This document shows positions 38,849 to 48,699 of a stretch of 64,000 nucleotides of DNA, in pieces (the stretch's first letter is position 1; every line of letters starts with the position of its first letter). The notes under the pieces are model-generated. The model had not been told where the DNA came from and did not search any database. It saw nothing but the letters and a program-made list of their open reading frames with translations. The translations under genes were made by a program, and so were the position numbers. Source of the DNA: Nitrospirota bacterium (GTDB taxonomy: Bacteria > Nitrospirota > UBA9217); assembly GCA_963663225.1 (NCBI GenBank), contig OY760142.1:1984001-2048000 (forward strand). Direction: 5' to 3'.

Positions 38849-41233
38849 TTACGCTTTTTGCTGCACAGAACACGGCAACTTGAATGTAAAGACCGCTCCC
38901 CCTGGTTCGTTGTTGCGCATTTCGATCCGCCCTTTATGGGCTTTTATAATTCTGTTCGTGATCGGCAGGCCGAGCCCCGTGCCGCGGGGTTTCGTGGAAT
39001 AGTATGGATTAAAAATATTATGCATGACTTTTGCGGAAATCCCGGGCCCGGTATCCGCAATTTCGATGGCGGCTTCTCCGGTTTCCTGCACGAAGAAGGT
39101 TTTAACGGAAAGCGTGCCGCCATGCTCCATGGCTTCTATCGCATTTTTTATGACATTGATCAGCGCCTGTTTCATCTGCTGAGTGTCTATCGTCAGACAG
39201 GGCAGCGAAAAGGAAAGATCGTGGATGACGTGGATACGGCGTTGCGCAAATTCCAGTTCGTACAACATGAGAATGTCACGGATAATATCGTTGATGTTTG
39301 CTTCGGATGACTGGAGGGATGCTTCCTTGATATAGGACAGATTATCGTGAATGATCCCTTCAAGACGAGCTACTTCACTGAGAATAATATCGATATATTT
39401 TTTATCTTCGCCCTGTTGCAGCTTTTGGGCAAGTCGTCTGGTAAATCCGCCGATGGAAACAAGAGGATTTCTGATCTCATGCGTAATTTCTGCGATCATG
39501 GCGCCGAGGGCCGCCATTTTTTCAGACTGGACGAGTTGCTCGTGCAGGGTCCGCATATCTTTATTCATCGTTTCGAGATTGGTGTGAATAATGGCATTTT
39601 CGATGGCAAGTGCCGCCTGATGAGCAAACAAGGTGAAAAAGCGGATGTCACCGTCGGTGATGGGGCGCCTGTTAAACATATTGTCCACCAGCATGACGCC
39701 GATGACCCTGTCTTTTGCCACGAGTGGAACGGTTGCAAAACTTTCCGCCTGGAGCGTTTCTCTGAGTTCTTTTGGTACGATGGGATTTGAACCCGCATCA
39801 ACAATATTATACGGCCGTTTATTGAGCGTGGTAAGCGCCAGAACGCCTTCTTCAGGCGCCAGCGGAACGCGGATGCTTCTCGCCAGGGTGTTGAGCGCTG
39901 ATTCCCGGTGCTCGAAAAGTTCCCCAGTTTGAATCCATTCCAGAAGGTTTTTATGTTTGGTCGTTACTTCGCTCCAGTCGCGGCCAGCCTCTTCCCACGT
40001 TGTCGGCCCGATGCCCATCATCCCCTGAAGGGTGTTGGTGCGCTCGTTTGTGAGGAGCAGGAGCGCTCGATTGAAGCCAAGGCCGCTGCCGCCCATTGTG
40101 GCCGCGGTCAGAATAATTCTGAGAAGACGGTCCAGATTCAGCGTCGTGCTCATGGCCGTGCCGATATCGTAAAGGATGGAAAGCTCCTGTGCCCGGGTCC
40201 GGGCTTCGATGGCTAGGATTTCCATGCGTTCATACATGACGGCATTTTCGACTGCCGTGGCGGCTCCGGCTGCAACAGTGGTCAGAAATTGAAGGTCGGC
40301 TTCCTGAAAGGAACGTCCCTCCTGTTTGTGATAGAGCGTGATGACCCCGAGTACCTTGTCCCGGAACAAAAGCGGTACACTGATGACGGACAGTTCGTTT
40401 AAACCGGTTGTATCCGGCAATGAAACATCTTTGACCGCGTCCGGGATCAGAACAGATGTTTTTTCCCGCACGACCCGTTCAGCAACGGTGCTGCCTATTT
40501 TGGCGTCAAACATTGCTACAGCATCTCCAATAATGCTGTAGGATGAGAACATCTTATGCGGTGGTATTTCCGGAAGATTCACGAGTCTGATGGTGCAACC
40601 CTGGGCGCGGATCGATTCCGTACTGTTTTTTGCAACGAGAGAAAGTATCTGGTCAAGATCAAGAGTGGATGTGAGCGCCATGCTGATCCGGTAAATAGTG
40701 GCGAGTTCGGTCAAGCGGTCCTGCACATTTTGAAAAAGTTGCGTGCTTCTGATCACGCCTGCCAACTGGTTTGCCGTGGTGGTGAGAAGGGTGATGTCGG
40801 ATATGGCGGGGCTCCACGAAGGTGCAGAGAGCGCAAAAATAACCCCAAGGCAACGGTCTTCATCCAGAATCGGGGCAGCGGCAAGAGATTTAAATTTCTC
40901 AATTCCCGATATGGGAACATAGGAGAATCGGGTGTCGGAAAAAGGGTCTTCAAGGGCCAGAGGTACTCGCTGTTCCGCCACCCATCCCGCGATGCCGACG
41001 CCGATAGGGAATGTAATTTTACCCACGGCTTCCTGGTTCAGACCGGTTGCAGCCGCGAGCGTTAATGTTTTGCCCGTGCGGTCAACCAAAAATATGGAGG
41101 CGCCGTCCTTGTTCATTCCCTGCGCTACAACCTCGACAATCCGCTGGAGTTTCCTGGGAAGATCATCGGCAGAGTTCGATATCCGGCTTATATCGCTCAG
41201 GATGCTCAGTTCTATTTTTTCTATTGTTTCCAT
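38849..41233 (-). CDS. Triple-GAF sensor histidine kinase
   Basis: Three GAF repeats, THEIRNPLVSIGGF H-box, NAIEA, DTGPGI and GTGLGL. Confidence 0.92.
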   Translation of the reverse strand: METIEKIELSILSDISRISNSADDLPRKLQRIVEVVAQGMNKDGASIFLVDRTGKTLTLAAATGLNQEAVGKITFPIGVGIAGWVAEQRVPLALEDPFSDTRFSYVPISGIEKFKSLAAAPILDEDRCLGVIFALSAPSWSPAISDITLLTTTANQLAGVIRSTQLFQNVQDRLTELATIYRISMALTSTLDLDQILSLVAKNSTESIRAQGCTIRLVNLPEIPPHKMFSSYSIIGDAVAMFDAKIGSTVAERVVREKTSVLIPDAVKDVSLPDTTGLNELSVISVPLLFRDKVLGVITLYHKQEGRSFQEADLQFLTTVAAGAATAVENAVMYERMEILAIEARTRAQELSILYDIGTAMSTTLNLDRLLRIILTAATMGGSGLGFNRALLLLTNERTNTLQGMMGIGPTTWEEAGRDWSEVTTKHKNLLEWIQTGELFEHRESALNTLARSIRVPLAPEEGVLALTTLNKRPYNIVDAGSNPIVPKELRETLQAESFATVPLVAKDRVIGVMLVDNMFNRRPITDGDIRFFTLFAHQAALAIENAIIHTNLETMNKDMRTLHEQLVQSEKMAALGAMIAEITHEIRNPLVSIGGFTRRLAQKLQQGEDKKYIDIILSEVARLEGIIHDNLSYIKEASLQSSEANINDIIRDILMLYELEFAQRRIHVIHDLSFSLPCLTIDTQQMKQALINVIKNAIEAMEHGGTLSVKTFFVQETGEAAIEIADTGPGISAKVMHNIFNPYYSTKPRGTGLGLPITNRIIKAHKGRIEMRNNEPGGAVFTFKLPCSVQQKA

Positions 41234-41243
41234 AGCAGGGATA

Positions 41244-42692
41244 TCAATCAGATTTTTTTAATGCTTTCCGGTATATTTTTACATACTCCCGGGCCGAGTG
41301 CTCCCAGGAAAAATCCTGCTTCATGCCGTTCTGCATCAGGCGTTTCCACGCTTTCCGTTCCTGATACAGGGTGTTGGCATGCTGAAGACAGCGCGCAAGA
41401 GCGGAGGCGGAATATTCTTCAAACAACAAGCCGGTCCCCAACCCTGTTTTTGGATTATATGCTGCAATGGTGTCTGCTAATCCGCCCGTTTTGCGGACAA
41501 TCGGAACGGTGCCGTAGCGCAGTGCGATCATTTGTCCGAGGCCGCACGGTTCATACCGGGACGGCATAAGGAACATGTCGCATCCTGCATAAATATTTTT
41601 TGCCATCTGGTCGTTGTACTGCAGTATGATTCGCATCCGGTTCTGGTAACGGCCGGCGGCCTCCGTCAGGAGGTCGTGATATTTTTTGTCACCGGTTCCG
41701 AGGATGGTCATTTGTATATCGAGCGTCATGATTTCCGGAAGAGCACCGACGAGAATATCAAGGCCCTTCTGATCAACGAGACGCGTGACCATGCCGAGAC
41801 TGGGGACATTGGATTCAGGAAGGCCGACTGCAGCTTGCAGCGTCTGCTTGCAATAGTGCTTTCCGGAAAGTCGTATCGGACTGAATGTTTTAGGAAGAGT
41901 ACGATCGTGAGCCGGATCATAAACAAGATAATCAATTCCGTTTATAATTCCGTAAAGATCCGCCGATCGCTTCGTCAGCACGCCTTCAAGCCCATAGCCG
42001 TATTCGGCTGTCTGAATTTCACGGCTATAGGTTTCACTGACCGTCGTGATAATGTCAGAATACACAAGGCCCGCCTTGAGGAAATTGATTTTATCCCAGA
42101 ATTCTATGCCCTCGTGAGTAAAGAGGTCCCATCCAAAACCGGTCAGGCGCAAGTCTTCTTTGGGGAAAAGTCCCTGATATCCCAGGTTGTGCACTGTGAA
42201 GATCGATTTTGCACGGCGCAATTCCTTGTTGTTCTGATAAATTTTTTTCAGGTAAAGCGGTGCGAGGGCGGTCTGCCAGTCATTGCAGTGAATGACGTGG
42301 GGGGTGAAGTTCAGATTGCGGCAGAGCTCCGGTATCGCGCGGGAAAAAAAGATGAATCGTTCGGCATTGTCCGGGTAATCGGCGTTTGTCGTGCCGTAGA
42401 GTTCCGGACGATCATAGAAAATATCCTTCCCGATAAAATAGACGATAACGTTTTTCCCAAGGGTTCCTTGAAAAACGTCGCAGCGCTCCTTCCACGCACC
42501 GAGCGGCACGGAAAATTCCGCAATATGCCGGAGCCCGAAGGCCGCAGGGTTTACCTGGCGGTAGCGCGGCATCACGACGCGAACATCGTGGCCGAGAGAT
42601 GCAAGCGCTATCGGAAGGCTTCCGGCAACATCAGCGAGGCCGCCGGTTTTAGCAAAAGGAGCAACTTCTGATGCGGCAAAAAGAATTTTCAT
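41244..42692 (-). CDS. glgA: Glycogen synthase
   Basis: MKILFAASEVAPFAKTGGLADV, HCNDWQT, RLVDQKG and PSRYEPCGLGQ. ATGA overlap with galT. Confidence 0.97.
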   Translation of the reverse strand: MKILFAASEVAPFAKTGGLADVAGSLPIALASLGHDVRVVMPRYRQVNPAAFGLRHIAEFSVPLGAWKERCDVFQGTLGKNVIVYFIGKDIFYDRPELYGTTNADYPDNAERFIFFSRAIPELCRNLNFTPHVIHCNDWQTALAPLYLKKIYQNNKELRRAKSIFTVHNLGYQGLFPKEDLRLTGFGWDLFTHEGIEFWDKINFLKAGLVYSDIITTVSETYSREIQTAEYGYGLEGVLTKRSADLYGIINGIDYLVYDPAHDRTLPKTFSPIRLSGKHYCKQTLQAAVGLPESNVPSLGMVTRLVDQKGLDILVGALPEIMTLDIQMTILGTGDKKYHDLLTEAAGRYQNRMRIILQYNDQMAKNIYAGCDMFLMPSRYEPCGLGQMIALRYGTVPIVRKTGGLADTIAAYNPKTGLGTGLLFEEYSASALARCLQHANTLYQERKAWKRLMQNGMKQDFSWEHSAREYVKIYRKALKKSD

Positions 42693-43684
42693 AGCTTGAT
42701 TTCCCGCAGGAACTTGGCAGTGTCCTCGGGTGGCGTGGGGTTTATATAAAAGCCCGATCCCCATTCAAAACCGGCAACGTTTGTAAGTTTGGGCATGATT
42801 TCGATATGCCAGTGGTAGTAATCATTGCGCTCATCCCTGAAGGGGGATGTGTGGACTACATAGTTGTAAGGGGGATTCGAAAGAGCCCGGTCGTTTCTTC
42901 GCAGAATGTCCTGGAGCATCCCCGCTAGATCGTGAAAGTCTTCGTTGGATGAATAGGAAAAACAGGAGACGTGGTTTTTCGGAAGTATCCAGGTCTCAAA
43001 TGGAAACCGGGGCGCATACGGCGCGAGCGCGACAAAACGTTGCGTCTCCGATACCATTCGCGTGCCTGTTTGCATTTCCTGCCGGATGATATCGCAGAAA
43101 ATGCAGCGTTCTTTCATATCATAGTGCCGCTTGCTTCCGTCGATTTCGTCCTGCACCTGGATCGGGATAATAGGAAGGGCGATGAGTTGAGAGTGCGTGT
43201 GTTCAAGTGTGGCGCCCGCCAGAAGTCCTTCATTTTTGAAAATGAGGGTATACTGAAAGCGCTTGTCTCGCTTCAGGTCCTCCATGCGGTCGCGGTAGGC
43301 GCGGAACATGTCCTGGACAGCCTGCTGCGGCAGGGATGCCAGCGTAGCATCATGGTCGGGGCTTTCGATGATTACCTCGTGAGCGCCGATGCCGTTCATC
43401 TTGTCGAAGATGCCCTCTCCCTGTCTGTTTAAATCGCCTTCAACCTGGAGCGCCGGGAATTTGTTCGGTACGACGCGAAGCCTCCATCCAGGCCCGTTTG
43501 GCTGGCCGGAATCCCGATAGGCAAGGACCTCGTTCGGCGTCGTGCGTTCATTCCCCGCGTCGAAGGGGCAGAATCCGCCGGTTTTTTTTCCGCGCTGGTC
43601 GTGAAAATCCGTGGGCCGTTTACCGCGTTCGGATGAGATGATTACCCAGCGACCGGTAATGGGGTCTTTACGTAGCTCTGGCAT
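42689..43684 (-). CDS. galT: GalT-family nucleotide-sugar/hexose-1-phosphate nucleotidyltransferase
   Basis: ELRKDP, CPF, VPNKFPAL, HEVIIE, GATLEHTHSQ (HxHxQ) and GFEWGSG. Confidence 0.92.
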   Translation of the reverse strand: MPELRKDPITGRWVIISSERGKRPTDFHDQRGKKTGGFCPFDAGNERTTPNEVLAYRDSGQPNGPGWRLRVVPNKFPALQVEGDLNRQGEGIFDKMNGIGAHEVIIESPDHDATLASLPQQAVQDMFRAYRDRMEDLKRDKRFQYTLIFKNEGLLAGATLEHTHSQLIALPIIPIQVQDEIDGSKRHYDMKERCIFCDIIRQEMQTGTRMVSETQRFVALAPYAPRFPFETWILPKNHVSCFSYSSNEDFHDLAGMLQDILRRNDRALSNPPYNYVVHTSPFRDERNDYYHWHIEIMPKLTNVAGFEWGSGFYINPTPPEDTAKFLREIKL

Positions 43685-43817
43685 ACATTCTCCTCATATT
43701 GCCGGCAGTGCAACAGCCGCATTTTTGTGAAAATATTGAATGCCCTACTCTGTTCGTATTATATCCGTCCTGTATGGTGTTGTCAAAAAGACTCTTGGTA
43801 TGTTATGATGAAACGGT

Positions 43818-44282
43818 ATGGCAGGTAAAATAGACAAGCTTTCAGTAACGCTCGGGAAAATTCTGCGTGCCCGTGGTCTTGGCGGCCGTCTGCATGAATA
43901 TCGCATCATCGAAAAATGGGGACAGATGGTAGGCACAGTGATTGCGCGGCATGCACAACCCCACCTGATACGGGGGAAAAGGCTCACGCTTATTGTGGAC
44001 AGCCCTGCCTGGATGCAGCAGCTTTCACTGCTCAAACAGGAAATTATTGAACAAGTGAATAAGAACCTTGGCAAGGACACGATACAAAGTATTATTTTGA
44101 AATTAGGTGAAATTACTTCACCACCGGTATCTCAAGAAAAATTATCAAAAAGCGGCAGCCTCAGCCGGGAGGATGCCGCACAGATTGAAGCCTGTCTCCA
44201 GGGAATACGCGATCCTGATGTTAGACAGGCTATCCAGAAGGTAATGGAAAAGGATTTTTTGAACAGAAAAAACATTCTGTGA
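43818..44282 (+). CDS. DUF721/DciA-family protein
   Basis: W..MVG..IARHAQP, L..VDSPAWMQQL and K..II..VN..LG. Confidence 0.85.
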   Translation: MAGKIDKLSVTLGKILRARGLGGRLHEYRIIEKWGQMVGTVIARHAQPHLIRGKRLTLIVDSPAWMQQLSLLKQEIIEQVNKNLGKDTIQSIILKLGEITSPPVSQEKLSKSGSLSREDAAQIEACLQGIRDPDVRQAIQKVMEKDFLNRKNIL

Positions 44283-44572
44283 CAGAGAAACAACGACAGA
44301 ACTTCATGCTGGCAACGATGTATTATTGCTTTTGAGCGGCAATTTAGACCGGCCATAGGACATTTTAAAAACATAGAAATACTGTTTTTTTTGTTGTTTT
44401 TTTATAAAGTTGTATGCTAAAATGAACTTTAGAAAATTTTTATTGGTTTAGACTTTAAAAATATTGCCTGTTTTTATCTGCCATCAATCATTGCACCGTT
44501 TTATGGTACGTGCTTTCTTAGGGCTGAGGGCGACGCAAACAAACGATTACGACAAGCAGGAGGGGAAACAAT

Positions 44573-46345
44573 ATGCAGTGGAAGATGGTAACCGATCCTT
44601 TCGATAATATTGGCCTGTCCGCACTTTTGGCGGCAATACCTATTCTCTACCTGTTCTGGGCGTTGGCCTATGTACGTATGAAAGGGCACTGGGCTGCCAT
44701 CAGTGGAACCATCATTGCTATTCTTGTCGCCATCTTTGGCTACGGAATGCCGGTGGAGCTCGCAATGGCATCCACCTTCTTCGGGAGCCTCTTCGGACTC
44801 TGGCCGGTGGGATGGATCGTGGTCACTGCAATTTTCCTGTTGAGCCTCTCCATCAGGACTGGTCAATTTGAAATCATCAGAAACTCTCTTGCTGCGGTTA
44901 CGGCCGACCGCCGCATGCAGGCGCTGTTGATCGCTTTTTCATTCGGGGCCTTCATTGAAGGAGCCTCGGGATTCGGAACGCCTGTCGCGATTACCGGCGC
45001 AATGCTGATTGGACTCGGCTTTGAACCACTATATGCAGCCGCCATCTGTCTTCTTGCAAATACCGCCCCGGTGGCATTCGGCGTCATCGGTATCCCTGTC
45101 ACGGTTGCCAGCCAGGTTTCCGGCGTTGACCTGACGGCCCTCAGCCAGTTGGTGGGACGCACGCTGCCGTTTTTAAGTCTCATTATTCCCTTCTATATTG
45201 TCGTGCTCATGTCAGGCTGGAAAAAAGGAATGGTTGTCTGGCCTGCCTGCCTGGTGTGCGGCGGTTCATTCGCAATAACCCAATGGTATGTTTCCAATTT
45301 TATCGGCCCGCAGCTTACCGACATCGCCGCCGCCCTTGTTTCGATCGTCTGTCTTACGGTCTTCCTGCATAGGTGGCATCCGGAGGAAGTCTGGACTTTT
45401 GAACACGAGCCTGATGCAGTCAGCAGAGAGGAACTGAAGTATTCAGGGGGGCAAGTATTTAAAGCATGGGCTCCGTTTATCATAATGTCGGTTTTTGTGG
45501 CCGCCTGGGGTATCGGACCAATCAGATCGGTTCTTGATTCCTTCGGCATGGTGAAATTAGAAATCCCCATGCTCCATAATGCGGTTATTCGGGGCGGTGT
45601 TCCGATGGCGGCAGTTTACAATTTCAATATTCTGAGCGCGGCTGGCACCGCTATGCTGTTTGCGGCCATTTTTTCTATCCCCGTGATGGGCGCGTCCATG
45701 GAAACTGTTGTGAGCGTTGCCAAGGAAACCATTGCAAGACTCCTGTGGACCATGGTTACTATTGCGTCCATTCTCGGTTTCGCCTATATCATGAACTTCT
45801 CGGGAATGGCGGTTACTCTTGGTTATGCGTTCGCCCAAACAGGAATTTTCTTTCCGTTCTTCGCCGCGTTCCTGGGATGGCTGGGAGTGTTCATGACTGG
45901 GTCTGACACGTCATCCAATGCGCTGTTCGGAAAACTGCAGGAAGTTACCGCCCGGGCAATCGGTGTGGACCCTGTGGTCACCGTTGCAGCCAATGCATCG
46001 GGCGGGGTATGCGGAAAAATGATTTCTCCGCAGTCGCTTTCTGTTGCAACAGCCGCGACGCACTTGGTAGGACGGGAAGCGGATATTCTGCATTTGACGA
46101 TCAAGCACTCGATCATTCTGACCGCTTTGATTGGTGTTTTTGTGTATCTTCAGGCATACGTCCTTACCTGGATGATTCCCGTGTATGAGAAAGCCGCCGT
46201 TGCTGCGCCGGCCGCAACAGCAGCCGCTGCATCAGCGTCGCAGACGGAAGGGATCATCTATTTGTCGGTCACTCTCGGGATAACGATTATTTTGATTATT
46301 TCGGCAATCAGTGCGGCAGGCTCTCGGTCGAGATCTGCTGCCTGA
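44573..46345 (+). CDS. lctP: L-lactate/glycolate permease
   Basis: DRRMQALLIAFSFGAFIEGASGFGTP, ANTAPVAFG, GSDTSSNALFG and GKMISPQS. Confidence 0.94.
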   Translation: MQWKMVTDPFDNIGLSALLAAIPILYLFWALAYVRMKGHWAAISGTIIAILVAIFGYGMPVELAMASTFFGSLFGLWPVGWIVVTAIFLLSLSIRTGQFEIIRNSLAAVTADRRMQALLIAFSFGAFIEGASGFGTPVAITGAMLIGLGFEPLYAAAICLLANTAPVAFGVIGIPVTVASQVSGVDLTALSQLVGRTLPFLSLIIPFYIVVLMSGWKKGMVVWPACLVCGGSFAITQWYVSNFIGPQLTDIAAALVSIVCLTVFLHRWHPEEVWTFEHEPDAVSREELKYSGGQVFKAWAPFIIMSVFVAAWGIGPIRSVLDSFGMVKLEIPMLHNAVIRGGVPMAAVYNFNILSAAGTAMLFAAIFSIPVMGASMETVVSVAKETIARLLWTMVTIASILGFAYIMNFSGMAVTLGYAFAQTGIFFPFFAAFLGWLGVFMTGSDTSSNALFGKLQEVTARAIGVDPVVTVAANASGGVCGKMISPQSLSVATAATHLVGREADILHLTIKHSIILTALIGVFVYLQAYVLTWMIPVYEKAAVAAPAATAAAASASQTEGIIYLSVTLGITIILIISAISAAGSRSRSAA

Positions 46346-46556
46346 TTACTACTTTTGTTAGGTGCTAAAATCGGACCACGGTCCGCAGTCCGGTCTCCGG
46401 ACAAATGTTTTCGGCAAGGAGATCATTCAGCGGCAAGACCATATTAAAAACACTCAGGATGCGAGCTTCAACAGACAGTATTCCTAATCCAGTACGTAAT
46501 ATTTCCATTCGTTGCCACGTGTAACGAGGTGTGTATTCAAAGTGGGGGAGGAGAAC

Positions 46557-46922
46557 ATGGATCGGCAGGACATATATGTTAAGACCGATAAAGCTTCCGA
46601 GGAGATACAGAACAGAAAGTACAAATTGTCTCAGGCATTACGCTCGCTCCTGATCATGATTGACGGCACAAAAACTATCGGCTCCTATGTGACCCAGGCT
46701 GTAGCGCTCGGAGACGTTACTGCAATGCTTCAGGAGTTGGAACAGCAGGGATTTATCAAAAAAAGTACGGATGCTCCCAGACCCCTGCCGACCAGCATGC
46801 CGGGCGGAAAAACTTCACCAGGAACAGGCCAGGAAAAGGGACCTGCGAAAACCGGCGGCGGCATGATAGATCTGGGCACCTTGTTCACATCGGGAGACCA
46901 GGACAAAAGCAAAAAAAAATAA
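46557..46922 (+). CDS. Hypothetical winged-helix-like protein with a low-complexity tail
   Basis: GGAGGAG SD and the pattern KT....EI..R...L....RSLLIMIDG...L.EL..QGFI. Confidence 0.7.
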   Translation: MDRQDIYVKTDKASEEIQNRKYKLSQALRSLLIMIDGTKTIGSYVTQAVALGDVTAMLQELEQQGFIKKSTDAPRPLPTSMPGGKTSPGTGQEKGPAKTGGGMIDLGTLFTSGDQDKSKKK

Positions 46923-46985
46923 ATTTTTACCTTTCAGCAGGACTGCTCCGATATCTGTAAATTATCTGCTCAAAACTGCAAGCCG

Positions 46986-47033
46986 CACAACAACCAGAGA
47001 CAAGAAAGTTTTTTCTTGTCTCTGGTTGTTGTG
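46986..47033. repeat. Perfect 22-bp inverted repeat with a 4-nt loop
   Basis: CACAACAACCAGAGACAAGAAA-GTTT-TTTCTTGTCTCTGGTTGTTGTG. Confidence 0.9.
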
Positions 47034-47331
47034 ATTTGTACTTCCAAATAGTTACATCCACGTATCTTCCTCCCTTAAAAATATCAAAAATTAATATCTC
47101 TTTTACGACAAACATTTTAGTTGCATGCATTCCCCTCAATATGATTATTATTGGAGTATTCGTATAATTCATATTATAAATATAAGATTTGTAATATGAA
47201 CCGCAATTAATTGTAAATTAATGAATTGTTCATAGCAGGAGCGGGCTGCTATAATCTATTTTATAGCGACATTAAAGCACTAAAAACGGTTGAATACTTT
47301 ATAATACTAATGAATCAAGCTATTAAGCCAT

Positions 47332-47347
47332 TGGCATATTTCTTGCT
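47332..47347 (+). promoter_or_regulatory. Sigma54 -24/-12 promoter of the hydrogenase operon
   Basis: TGGCAT-ATTTC-TTGCT with exact GG-N10-GC spacing. Confidence 0.7.
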
Positions 47348-47589
47348 CAAAAAGTTTATTAGTAAAGTTCTTTTTTTTGTTATTATTAGTATATAATTAT
47401 TTTAGCTATTTGATAAATGTATTTATCTGAAGAGAAATGATTAGTTTTACCTATTTGACAAATATATTTCTTGATGCTAAAAATACTAAAATTTTTTTTA
47501 TGCAGCAGAGGTGAATAGATAATGACCGTTCATTTGCTCTGCATTATTTTTACTTAAGACACCGGCGTTTATTTTTGAAGGAGGAAGGT

Positions 47590-48699
47590 ATGGGAAAGAA
47601 AGACGAAGTCAGTAATCAGTTTCTTGAAGCTCTTGAATTCCGTGGAATCAAACGAAGAGATTTTTTGAAATTCTGCGGCGCAACCGCGGCTCTTATCGGC
47701 CTTTCCGAATTGCATGCACCTCATATTGCAGCAGCCTTGGAGAAAGCTGCGAAAAGACCGCCTGTCATATGGCTTAACTTCGGGTCCTGTTCGGGATGCA
47801 CCGAGGCTTTTGTCAAAGCATCCTATCCGACTGCAGCAGATGTCATTCTGGATGTGCTGAGCGTGAATTACAACGAGACCATCATGGCTGCGGCCGGTCA
47901 CCAGGTCGAGGAAGTGCTCGAGCAGAACAGAAAGGCGGGAGGTTATATCCTGATCGTTGAAGGCGGAGTGCCGACGAAAAAAGGATATGGCACAATGGGT
48001 GGAAAAGAGATGTTTGATGTTCTGAAGGAAATGGCCGGACCGGCCATAGCTGTGGTTGCGGTGGGCAGCTGCGCTACCGATGGAGGAGTGCCTGCAGCCA
48101 AACCGAATCCAGGCCAATACATCGGCACCGGTGCTGCTCTTGAAAAGCTCGGCATTAAGAAACCGCTTATCAACCTTGATCGTTGCGCGCAGAATCCCGA
48201 GTATCTTGTCGGTGTGGTCGTCAATTATCTTCTTCTGAAGAAACTTCCCGAGCTTGACAGCCTGGGCAGACCTACCATGTACTATGGTCAGACCATTCAT
48301 GATAATTGCGAACGCCGCGCGCATTTTGACGCCGGAAGATTTGTGGAAAAGTTCGGCACGAAGGAAGAGGCGCTCCAATATTGCCTTTATAAAGTCGGCT
48401 GCAAAGGCCCCATGGTTTATTCGGCATGCCCCAAGATTCAGGACAACGGCCATACGAGCTGGTGCGTCAAGGCGGGAGCTCCCTGTATCGGCTGCGCGGA
48501 ACGCGGCTGGGCGGATAAGTTTGCTGGATTCTATGAACCGCTTCCGGGTGTCAAGATACCTGGCCTGGGCGGCGTTGAAGCAGGCGCCGACAAGTTGGGC
48601 GCGGTTGCAGCAGTTGCAACTGCCGCAGGTATCGCAATACATGCCGTTGCAACAAAAGCTTCAGGCAGGACCAAAGGACATGACGGAGGTGAAAAATAA
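47590..48699 (+). CDS. hyaA: [NiFe]-hydrogenase small subunit, Tat-exported, with a C-terminal anchor
   Basis: KRRDFLK Tat motif, CSGCTE, GSCATDGG, HDNC.RR, CLYKVGCKGP and APCIGC. Confidence 0.93.
   Translation: MGKKDEVSNQFLEALEFRGIKRRDFLKFCGATAALIGLSELHAPHIAAALEKAAKRPPVIWLNFGSCSGCTEAFVKASYPTAADVILDVLSVNYNETIMAAAGHQVEEVLEQNRKAGGYILIVEGGVPTKKGYGTMGGKEMFDVLKEMAGPAIAVVAVGSCATDGGVPAAKPNPGQYIGTGAALEKLGIKKPLINLDRCAQNPEYLVGVVVNYLLLKKLPELDSLGRPTMYYGQTIHDNCERRAHFDAGRFVEKFGTKEEALQYCLYKVGCKGPMVYSACPKIQDNGHTSWCVKAGAPCIGCAERGWADKFAGFYEPLPGVKIPGLGGVEAGADKLGAVAAVATAAGIAIHAVATKASGRTKGHDGGEK

Noticed and set aside
47569-48642. Long antisense ORFs (357 aa here; also 13513-14472, 41532-42671, 58000-59037)
   Set aside because: They are shadow frames of well-supported genes on the opposite strand and carry no motifs of their own.
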